Shown here: piece after piece, positions 1 through 9,782 of the stretch | Layout: each line of letters opens with the position of its first letter | How positions within the stretch are numbered: the stretch's first letter is position 1 | NCBI GenBank assembly: GCA_025558095.1 | Contig: JAIVFI010000008.1 | Coordinates: 372,001-436,000 of the forward strand | DNA from: Hyaloraphidium curvatum SAG 235-1 | Lineage: Eukaryota > Fungi > Monoblepharomycota | Direction of reading: 5' to 3' | Length of the DNA stretch: 64,000 bases | Notes under the pieces: model-generated | What the model was told of the DNA's origin: nothing | What the model saw: only the letters and a program-made list of their open reading frames with translations | The model's database searches: none | Made by a program: the position numbers and the translations under genes

Positions 1-391
1 AGGATGGCCGGGGGGAGCGCGATGCCGTCGTTTGGCGGGCGCTGAGGAAGACCGGGCGCGCATTTGCGCGCGGGCGGAGGAAGAGTTCGAAACCCGAGAT
101 TCCCTTTGTATGTTCGAGGAGAGAGTTGCGATTCCCGTGTGCGCCACTGTTGCTCTGCGTTGTCCAAGTCCGATCCAGGTTGAGGTGGTCCCCGAGGGCG
201 GCTGCCGACGCGGGCGAGGGGCCTCGCGTGCCAATCATGCCTCTACCGACCAAGCTCTCAGGTAGCCGCAAAAGTAGCCAGGAACCCTCCTTCAGACCGT
301 GTCGAGGTCGTCCTAGAGTGCGGGCTCCATGTTGGCCACCTGGCAGACAGGTCCACGACACCGCCCGCGAAAGCAGCCAGCGCCCTCCCTT

Positions 392-736
392 TCAAATCTG
401 GTCCTTCATCTGGTACGAATTTTCCTCGAGGATGGACTCGAGCCGCGCCTGGATCTCCTCCAGGAACTCGGGCGCGATGACCACCTGCCGCTCCCCGAAA
501 TCCGCGATGACAAACGTCGCCTCGCCGCGCTGCTTGCGCTGGTCGTTCATGTCCAGGATGATCTGCTTGATTGTCGGTTCGCTGGGTCCGTGGCATCAGG
601 GGAGAAGAGGGAGAGGAACCCGGCGCGTTGAGCGGGGAAGGAGCGGGCGGGTAGGCGTCAGGAGGGGAATCGGAGCAGGCGGGAGGCAGAAGCATCATTA
701 CCACTCAATCAGAACGCTCTTGAATGCCCTGACCAT
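392..736 (-). CDS. TFB5: TFIIH subunit Tfb5/TTD-A (74 aa, 2 exons: 736-702, 581-392)
   Basis: Manual splicing (GTAATG...CCAG intron 701-582) gives MVRAFKSVLIECEPTIKQIILDMNDQ...FVIADFGERQVVIAPEFLEEIQARLESILEENSY, matching the Tfb5 pattern (MV...GVLIECDP.IKQ.IL...FII.DL). Not captured in the ORF track. Confidence 0.9.
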
Positions 737-930
737 CTCGACCAGGCTTGAAACTTGCTGCCAGGAACGCGTTTGGGCGCGCTTTTTCGCGCGTCGACCC
801 CCGGCCGCGAAACCCCCGGTCAAGGCCCATCACTCGTTCCGCGGCCGCCTTTCCGTGCCTCCGCCGCACGGATCGCGCAGCACCGCACCGCACCTCCGCG
901 ATCCCGCCGCCCCTTCGCGGGATCCGCACG

Positions 931-2040
931 ATGCGCCGCCTCTCCACGCTCCTCCTCCTCGTCGCCCTCTCCCTCCTCCTCACCCGCCCCGACGAGCCCT
1001 CCTTCCGCCGCTTCCTCGTCTCGGAAGCCAATAAACGCGACAGCCAGTTCCTCCGCTCGCTGGCCTACTCGCCCCGCCTGGACCTGCGGCAGCGCGATTT
1101 CGTGCTGGCGCGGTACGCCTCCCTGCCGGGAATCGGGGGGGCCGAGTTCGTGGGCGCGTGGGGGACGTGGTGGCCCGTGCCGAGGGCGGGGAAGGGGAAG
1201 GGGTGGACGGCGTGGGTGCCGGCGTGTTCGGGGGGGTGCGGGCCGGGGGTCTGCGTGGGCGCCGAGTCGTGCCTTTGCCTGCCGGGCCATACGGGGCGGG
1301 GGTGCTCGGCGACGGTGCCGCAGTTCAGGTCGCTGGGACCGAGATTGCCTAAGGAGCGCATGGCTTCCGTCAGGGGGTTCTTAGAAGCGGCAGGGAAGTG
1401 GGGCGCGCCGGAATGGGCGCTGGATGCCGCGGAGGGGGCCGCCGAGGCCGTTTCGGACGCGCTGGACCAGGCGACGGTCATGGAGGCCATCATGGTGCTC
1501 ATGGTGGGCATGTACGTCGCCGGCACCGTGTTTGCTTCGCCCTTCCCGGCCATGCGGGCGCGGTTCGACGCCTTCGCCTCGAGCTCCCCCGCCCGCTTCA
1601 ACCCCGCCGGATTGCTCCTCGCCAACTTCAACAGCAACTCGCTCGCGGACCTGCTGCTGAACCTGGGCTTCTTTGTGCACTTTGCGCCGGCGGCGTACGC
1701 CCGCCTCGGGGAGCGGCGCTTCCTGTACCTGGTCGGGGCGTGCTGCCTCGCCGCGCAGGGCGCCTCGCTGCTCTGGCGCAACATCTCTGGCAACTCGCGG
1801 CGGTCGGCCGCGGGCGCGAGCGGCTGGGTGGTCGGCCTCGAGTCGTACGTGCTCGCCGCCGTGGCGGGGTCGTCGGCCTACGCGCAGGGGCCGCTGTTTG
1901 TGGTTCGCGAGAGCGTGCTGAGGCACCTCATGCTGGACCTGATCGTCAACGGACGGCGTTCGGACTGGGCGGCCGCGGTCGGGGGGTTCGTCGGGGGCGT
2001 GCTGTTCCTCAGATTCGCCGACTCGCGGGTTGTTTATTGA
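931..2040 (+). CDS. Membrane protein: N-terminal signal/anchor, EGF-like Cys module, C-terminal degenerate rhomboid-like domain
   Basis: Intronless ORF from ATG 931 with a hydrophobic N-terminus. It contains CSGGCGPGVCVGAESCLCLPGHTGRGC (6-Cys EGF-like) and rhomboid-like motifs LLLNL, LGERRFLYL, GASG and AAAVGGFVGG. Confidence 0.7.
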   Translation: MRRLSTLLLLVALSLLLTRPDEPSFRRFLVSEANKRDSQFLRSLAYSPRLDLRQRDFVLARYASLPGIGGAEFVGAWGTWWPVPRAGKGKGWTAWVPACSGGCGPGVCVGAESCLCLPGHTGRGCSATVPQFRSLGPRLPKERMASVRGFLEAAGKWGAPEWALDAAEGAAEAVSDALDQATVMEAIMVLMVGMYVAGTVFASPFPAMRARFDAFASSSPARFNPAGLLLANFNSNSLADLLLNLGFFVHFAPAAYARLGERRFLYLVGACCLAAQGASLLWRNISGNSRRSAAGASGWVVGLESYVLAAVAGSSAYAQGPLFVVRESVLRHLMLDLIVNGRRSDWAAAVGGFVGGVLFLRFADSRVVY

Positions 2041-2617
2041 GGGACGGACGGGTGGATATCTCGCTGATTATGGAGAGCATCTCGGGTCTTGGACCGGGGC
2101 GGCCGGGGCACGGCCAGTTGCGGCCTTGTGCGTCATGGTCCCTGACGGCTGGGATGTTTGCTGTTGGGTTCAAACGGTTCAGGAGTCCGCCGCGCGTGCG
2201 CGCCCGACCTGTCACGCGCGGACTATCCCGACCCGCTGAATCGGATCCGCGCCCCGCCGCCTAGCGACCTCCGCACGCCTCGCGCTTCCGCCGACCGCAT
2301 TTTCTAGCGCCGCCCGTCCGCCTCCGGGCCCGCCGTCATCCGCGCACCTGCCGCCCGCGCCGCGCCCGCCGGACCGCCGTCCGCCGCCGAAGGTGAGCCG
2401 TCCCCGCCGCGCCGCCGCACCGCACGGCCGCCGCCGCCGCGCATTGCGCGGCGCGCGCTGAGACCGCCGCAATCCCGCGGCGCCGGGCCGCCCCGCCCGG
2501 GATGCCGCCGGCCGCGCCCGATGGCGCACCTGTCAAATGGCCCGCTGACGTCTCCCCCTCTCCCGCCGCACGCCTCGCAGGCCCGCCTCCGCCCTCCTCC
2601 GCCCTCCCTCCGGCAGA

Positions 2618-3733
2618 ATGATCATGCAGGTCGAGCCCGTCGGCTCGTTCGAGCGCAAGCGCGCCGACGTCGCAGAGCTCGAGGCCCTCGCCACGCTCGT
2701 CCGCGAGCTCAACGTGCAGCTCGACGTCTACGTGCGCGCAGCATTCGAGCGCCTCGTCGACCTCGCCGGCACGCGCGAGTTCCTGCACCCGTTCTGCACC
2801 TTCCAGCAGTACCTGATCGCGATCAAGAACAAGCGCGACGAGCAGCTGGCCGCGCCCTACGGCTCCACAGACGGCGACTGGACCGCCCCGCCGCCCACCC
2901 GCCACGCAGCAGTCGTCGACCCGCTCTTTATCTTCGACTTCCTGCGCATGAGCTACGAGCAGCGGCCAGGCGTCAAGGCCGCCGCCCTCACCGCCATGCG
3001 CAGCGAGCCCGCCCCCGCCCTGCCCGTGCCCGCCGCCACCGCCGCCCCGCTGCTGCGCGTCGCACCCCTCGGCGCCAACGAGGACGCCGCGCTCGAGGCC
3101 GGCCAGCAGGTGTTCGTCAAGTTCATGCGCCGCTCCGAGTCCGCCGGCCCCGAGGGCCTGCACGCCGAGGCGCACGCATCCGCGCAGCCCGCCGCGCATG
3201 CATCCGACGCCATGGACGTTTCCCCGGACGATGTCACCCGCGCGATGCTCGAGCGTGCATACGCCGCATCGCACGCCGTCCTGGACTCGGCTTCGGCCGC
3301 GCGCACCGACTACGACGCCGCGATGGAGCAGCTCAAGGACGAGCCCGTCCAGGCCGTCTCCGAGTTTGCCACCGCCGTCGCCTCCCCCGTCTTCTTCACC
3401 CCCATGCTGAGCGTGCAGCTCACGGCCGAGCAGATCGCCGCCTCGGTCAAGGGCGCACAGCTGAAGCCCATCATCACCGCCCTGGACGCGAACCCGCAGC
3501 AGCTGCCCTCGCCCGTCTCGCCGGCCTCGAGCCTCGAGCTCCTGGCGACGAAGCAGCAGCCCATGCAGCCCATGCAGCCGGTGCTCATCCCGCGCATCTT
3601 CACGAGCGCGGAATTCGAGGCGCAGCTGGCGCACTTCATGCTCTTGCAGCAGGGTTCCTGCATGGGCATGGGACTGAACACCATGCACGCGGTGCCCGCC
3701 ATCGGCGCGCCCGGGCTCGTCTCCTTCTCGTGA
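2618..3733 (+). CDS. Hypothetical protein (371 aa)
   Basis: Long intronless ORF with strong GC3 codon bias, preceded by a probable 5'-UTR intron (GTGAGC ~2393 to CGGCAG ~2616). No recognisable domain. Confidence 0.75.
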   Translation: MIMQVEPVGSFERKRADVAELEALATLVRELNVQLDVYVRAAFERLVDLAGTREFLHPFCTFQQYLIAIKNKRDEQLAAPYGSTDGDWTAPPPTRHAAVVDPLFIFDFLRMSYEQRPGVKAAALTAMRSEPAPALPVPAATAAPLLRVAPLGANEDAALEAGQQVFVKFMRRSESAGPEGLHAEAHASAQPAAHASDAMDVSPDDVTRAMLERAYAASHAVLDSASAARTDYDAAMEQLKDEPVQAVSEFATAVASPVFFTPMLSVQLTAEQIAASVKGAQLKPIITALDANPQQLPSPVSPASSLELLATKQQPMQPMQPVLIPRIFTSAEFEAQLAHFMLLQQGSCMGMGLNTMHAVPAIGAPGLVSFS

Positions 3734-3905
3734 ACCCATCCTCTCGCCGAAGGGATGATACCCAACTGTCTGTGAGCTCCTGTCGTCTGTACTCTCGTCT
3801 CCCACTGTGGCGCGCATATCTTGGTCATCTGTCTCGACCTCTCTCTCTAGAGTCCTGTATCACCATCTCGTACTATTCTGTACTGGGGCGGATACTCTAT
3901 TTAAT

Positions 3906-5333
3906 CTACCTGTCTTCATCCTCCGCGTACTCCTGCTCCAAGTCCTCGTCCCTTGCCTCGTACTCCTCAAACACCTCGAACGCCCCGGTGTCGTCGTCCA
4001 CCGGGGACGGAATGTCCGCCGGATCCACCTCCATCAGCACCGGCGGCGGCGGCGGCGGAAACCCGTCGTCGTCCGAGTCTGTTCCGATCTGCACGATCCC
4101 GTTGCTGACAATGTAGGCAACGAAGAGGGCCAGCACCGCCGCGACCCCGCCCGCCTTGCCCAGCGCGTCGCCCGACGGCACCCAAGCCTTCCACGCCGCG
4201 GGGTCGAGGATCCGCAGCGGATTCGGGAGCGACGAGAGCCACGGTTTCGGGGGAGAAGGGTGCGGGTGGTTGGCAAAGGCCAGCGGGCGGAAGCGCCGGC
4301 AAAAGGCGACGAGGTTCGAGTGGCGCGAAAGGAGGTCCCGCAGGGTCGGGTTGGGGAGGGGGAGGAGGTGCAGGAGGAGGTGGCCGAGGACGACGGCGTC
4401 GAGCGAGGTGGGCCTGCGGGGCCAATGAGGCGTTAGGGGGCACCTTTAGGCGCGGGCGGTCCGAAACAAACTTGTCGGACAGGAAGAAGTTGCGGTTGCC
4501 GAGCTTCAGCGATAGTGCGCGATAGCACCTGTCCGCGACGGCGTAGATCTCGCTCCTCGCCCCGCGGCTGGACGGCGGCCCCGACGCCTCCGCGCCTTCC
4601 GGTGCTTGTGCCGCCGGCGCGGCGCCGCTCCCCTCGTAATCCCGCAGCCGCTTCCGCACCCCGTCCCTGATCCTCTGCGGACCCGTGTACCTGGTGAGCA
4701 GCGGCATCGCCCGGGAGTAGGTGGGGCTCGCGTGCCGGGCATAGTTGTCCGGCTCGAGCCACCACGAGAAGAGCTTCGGGGATCGGGTGAGCAGGCCGCC
4801 GGACCAAAGGTACGGGAGGGCGTACGAGGGCTTCGTGCAGCGTGTCCTCGACCATGGCAATGTAGGCCAGGGAATCGACCCTCTGCATCGCGTCCAGGTC
4901 GGCGTCGATGTCGGTCCCCTGGTTTCCACACCACCGGGCGTCAGAGGGCGCCCGTCGGCCCAAACATCGAGCAGCAGACCTTCTTCCTCGCGTAGTCCAC
5001 GATTCCAAGGGTTCCGGTCACGACCGTGGGGCCGTCCTGGAGCACGGGCAGGCGTCCTGTCATCCGCGGCGCGCGATTCAGAACCGCGACATTCCGGCCC
5101 AGCGGCGGCAGAGAGCTACCGGTTGGCGATATTCGGGTGTCGTTGCAATCGTTCGGTGTCCATCGGATCCCGGAGATGTTGAGGATGATCTGTCCGAGGG
5201 AGGAGGAGGGAAGTGGGTCCGTGTCCCACGCGTCCAGGCTCCGCAACGCGATCCGCACCTCGGCGGATAGGCAGAACGGGTCGAAGGAGGGGAGATTATC
5301 GGGTCCCGGGCCCCAGGAATGGAGCTCGACCAT
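3906..5333 (-). CDS. Metaxin-1/Sam37-like mitochondrial outer membrane protein (multi-exon)
   Basis: MVELHSWGPGPDNLPSFDPFCLS, GRLPVLQDG, DIDADLDAMQRVDSLAYIAMVEDTLHEAL and LSLKLGNRNFFLSDK, followed by a C-terminal TM (AAVLALFVAYIV) and an acidic tail. Confidence 0.85.
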
Positions 5334-5368
5334 CGCAACGCGTAGCCAAGGAGGCAGCGCCGTGGGTT

Positions 5369-6147
5369 CTATTTGAACGTCGTCGCCCGTCGCCCGATCA
5401 AAACGAGCAACGCCTCGTCCGCCGGGAGCGAGACCTGCCTCGACGTCACATGATAGCCCCAGTTGGCCCCTTCCCGCGCGAGCACATCGAAGTAACTGGC
5501 AAACGGGTCGACGCCGGCGCCCGAGTCCACGGTTTTCCCGTCGTGATCGACGAAGCAGCACGGAACGAGCAGGAAGTCGCAGCCGCTCTGGCTTGCGATC
5601 CGGGGAATGAGGAGGGTGACATCATCTGCGTGAGAAACCGTCAGAAGACATCGTTGTGGGCATCGGAGCACGTACGGGGTCGAAGCGCAACGATGAGATC
5701 GACATCGAGAAAGCGCGAGTCCTCGCCAATGGTGGCCTCGAAGAACGTGCCGTCCGGATCTCCAGGATACAGAATCCACTGAGGACGCTTGGTTCTGTCT
5801 GCACCGCGGCCACGGAACTTGCCCGAGGCATTCAAAGCGTGCGTGAGGCGCCCCCGCCCGCAACAGATCTCCAGAAACCGGGTCGGTAACCCCGGTTCGC
5901 GCATATCCGCGAATGTTTTCGTTATCAGGGCCGCGAGCTGGAGCGTTTCTTGAACATCCCGATTGGTTCGCGCGGCAGCCGGGCAAGAAGCTTCGAAGAT
6001 CGCCGAGATTCCTTCCGGATCCGGTTCTCTAGCTCTTCCCAAAGAGCCCGAAGTAATCGCGCGTTCAGAGAGGACTAGTTCGCCCAAGCGCTTCGGTTTC
6101 GCGGTCCATTTGGGCACCCGGCTCGCCCCTTCGTCTTTCGAGCCCAT
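5369..6147 (-). CDS. Trm44-like SAM-dependent (tRNA 2'-O-) methyltransferase, short form
   Basis: FLEICCGRGRLTHALNASGKFRGRGADRTKRPQW and DVTLLIPRIA...FLLVPCCF resemble Trm44/AdoMet_MTase motifs. One intron at ~5625-5675. Confidence 0.65.
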
Positions 6148-6401
6148 TCATCCCCGCGACCCCTGGCAACTGGTGGCCGACGCGACGACTGAAGAGAGAG
6201 ATATCTTTCTGCAAGCGTCAAGCTACCGAAACGCGTGCACGACGTGGATTCGCGGTGCCGGAAGTGAGTGTGATCGCGCGCGGATCTCCGCGGTCACCGC
6301 GAGACGCGCTGGTGAACGACGCCCTTCTGGGGCGCTCTCTCCTCCCAGCAATGCCTACTTGAAGAGCAATTCGCGTTCCTTCAATCATCGTCGCCGCCGA
6401 A

Positions 6402-9400
6402 ATGGCGATGCTGTTCACGAAGTCCCTGTCGGACCTCATCCGGGGCCTGCGGGGGAACAAGCGGAACGAGGAGGCGTACATAACCCAATGCCTGGACGAA
6501 TGCCGGAAGGAAGTGAGGTCGAGCGACATGGACATAAAGGCGCAGGCGGTAGCGAAGCTGGCATACGTTGGTGGACGGCCGGGCGCGTTCCCTGGCCTCG
6601 CCAGGCTGACGCCTGCGATCGACGCGTCGGCAGCTCAACATGCTGGGCTACGACATGGCGTGGGCTTCGTTCCACATCGTCGAAGTTATGTCTTCTTCCA
6701 AGTTCGCGTACAAGCGGCTGGGCTACCTCGCTGCGAGCATGTCGTTCCAGCAAGACACCGAAGTTCTCATCATGTGCACCAACCTTTTCAAGAAAGTGAG
6801 CTGTCATCCGTGTTGAAACATGATCTCGAATCTCATGCCGAGCCCAGGACCTCTCCTCGAACAACTACCTGGAGGTCTCCTTGGCCCTCGGAGGACTGGC
6901 GCAGATTGTCACCCCGGACCTGGCGCGGACGCTTCTCAATGACCTCCTCAACATGCTCAACAATTCGCGACCATACATTCGGAAGCGGACCGTCCTGCTG
7001 CTCTATAAGGTCTTTCTGAAGTACCCGGAAGCGCTAAAAATTGCGTTCCCGCGACTCCGGGAGAAGCTCGAGGATCCGGACGAATGTGAGTCGGTCATTG
7101 CACTCCTACTCGCGCTCTGAGTAAGGTTATTCCGTTTGCAGTGGTCGTCTGTGCTGCAGTCAACGTGATTTGCGAGCTGGCACAACGGAACCCGAAAAAC
7201 TACATCATCCTCGCGCCGCAGCTCTATGGACTCATGACGACATCGGCCAACAACTGGATGCTGATCAAGATCGTGAAGCTGGTAATGTCGCGTGGGATCT
7301 CGGAGGATCGCCATAGTCGTGACACCCGTTTCTGGGGCAGTTTGGGATCCTGTGCCCCATCGAGCCGAGGCTTGCCAAGAAGCTCCTTCCTCCCCTCACT
7401 AACCTTATTCAATCCACCAACGCCATGTCCCTGCTGTACGAGTCGATCCACACTGTCGTTTCCGGAGGTCTCCTGACCGCCGAAGGCGTGGACGCGTCGT
7501 CACTGTCGGCACTTTGCATCAGCCGCCTGCGTATCTTTTTGGAGGAAACCGACCCCAATCGTAGGCTGGCCATGACCTTGTTGCTTCGCCTGCTCATTTG
7601 GCACCGCAGTCAAATACCTTGGCCTGTATATCCTTGCGAAGCTTCTCACCGCGAACCCGCGGGCCGTTTTGGAACACAAGGAGATCGTCTTGAAATGCCT
7701 CGAAGACGCAGATTCCAGCATCCGACTCCGGGCGCTGGACATCGTGACGGGCATGGTCACGCCGAAGAACCTGAAGGAGCTCGTGAAGAGGCTCATTCAC
7801 CATCTCGTTCCTTCGGAGAAGGGGCCCAATTTTGCGCTGGAAGCGCAGTACCGCGACGAGGTCGTGCGCCGCATCGTGGCCCTGTGCAGCAGGGACACGT
7901 ACGAGCTTGTCCAGGATTTCGAGTGGTACATTGATGTACTCGTGGACCTCGTGCACTTTTCTGGCGTGAACGTCAGCTCGTTGCTGAACGCTCAGCTCAT
8001 GGATGTCGGCATCCGGGTCGTCGGCGTTCGAGAGTACGCGGTTCAAATGATGGTAGGCCAAGCGCTCACCAGGAATTGTGCGCTGGTCTGACCTGAACAT
8101 GATTTCAGGCTAAGCTGCTCGTTGACCGCAAGCTCTTCGATTCTGCGAACTCTCCGACTTCCAATATCGAGGTGATCCACGCGGCCGCTTGGTTGGTCGG
8201 CGAGTTTCGGAAGTTCCTCTCGGACCCTTTCGCCACGATGGCATCTCTACTTGGACGGCCAATCCAGCGGCTTCCTTCCTACGTGCAGATTGTCTGCCTT
8301 CAGAGCGCAATGAAGGTCTACAGCAGCCTCATTGCCAACACGGATGGAGTACCTATCGCAGCGGAGGAGTTTGGCCACGTTACGAAGGCGGCTCGGGAAG
8401 GAATGGAGGCTTTTGCTGGGAGCTCGGACTTGGAGGTTCAGCAAAGGGTGGGTGGCCGGTGCCTGTCTCCACGCGGCGTGGTTTTCTGATTGTTTATCCT
8501 TGTCAGGCAAGCGAGTTTCTACACCTGCTCGTCACCGCCGAACGCCACGCGGGAGAAAAAGATGTTGCACGGAATGTCCTGCAGCTCAGGAACGTCTTTG
8601 TTGGCGATCTCAATCCCGTGGGGCCAAAGGCACAGAAGCGGGTGCCGGTCCCGGAAGGACTCGACTTGGACGAGGCTTTTGTGCGGCTACCGGAACGGAC
8701 AGAGGATTCTTTGGCGTCGCCCGAAAGGGCAAACGAGCGCGGGGAGGAAGATGGTCTTGCTCCGGCGCAAACTTCCCCGAGAAAATCGAGGCGGCGGAGC
8801 ACGAAGGCACGGGCGGATGTGGACGAGTTCAAGGAGACCGAGCAGCAGGCCACCGAGGAGTCCGAAGAAGATGAGGAAACCAAGGAGCAGGTGGGTCAGA
8901 CTCACAGCATGGCGGAGCAGCGGTGACCTCGTCGTGCAGCGGAGACGGGAACGAGAAGCGAGGATCGAGAGCGACCCTTTCTACATCTCGCGCCCGAGGC
9001 CGCAGAAGAAGCAGCCCGTCGTACCGGAGCCTTTGGAGCTGGATGTGGACTCGATTCCGATCGTCAAGCTGGACATTGCGGATTTTGCTGGTTCGTAGTT
9101 TCGGGCAGCACGTTCGACAACCCCTGACGTTTCTCCAGCTCCCCTCACCATTGCCAAGGCGAAGAAGGCTGGCAAGAAGACGAAATCCTCTGAACCCGCG
9201 GGGCCATCGAAGACGTACCAGGTTGTGAAGGGAGAGGAGCTGCCCGAGGGGGCAGTGCCGATTGACGAGGTTGCGGAGAGCCGGAAGGCGTCGCGACGCA
9301 AGGGAGCGGCGGGGGTGGACGACGAGCTCAATCTTGCGAGCGTTGATTTGACGGAGGAGCTGGCCGAGTCCGCTCCGGCAGCGGGCAAGGCCAAGACCCG

Positions 9401-9488
9401 CCGAAAACCAAAGAAACGGACGGTGGTGGTCGACGCCGGCGAGGTGCAGGGCACACCTGCGGATCGATCTATGTACGAGTCTCTCTGA
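6402..9488 (+). CDS. APL5: AP-3 adaptor complex subunit delta (multi-exon)
   Basis: MLFTKSLSDLIRGLRG, FHIVEVMSSSKFAYKRLGYLAAS, VTPDLAR, SANNWMLIKIVKL, DLNPVGPKAQKRVPVPEGLDLD. Confidence 0.95.
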
Positions 9489-9782
9489 ACTCATGGATGC
9501 GGGGGGCCATTTCGTGCGTGTGATCAACGGTGCAGTGACGTGGGTCTGTTAGTCGCGAGGGGAGGGCGCGAACTACTTCCGAATTAAGGGCCCAGGAGAG
9601 ATATAGTCCCGCGGCAACTCCCGCGACGAATCTACCGAGTTCTTTGTGGCGCTCCGAACGCCGGCGCCGGACACTTCCGACGGCTCCTTGTGTGCGCGTG
9701 GAGGCCGACAACAGTGGACGTCGACGTCTCCCGACAAACTCGCCCCCGTGCCACCCCAACCGCAGCCGCGGCTTGTTAGGAG

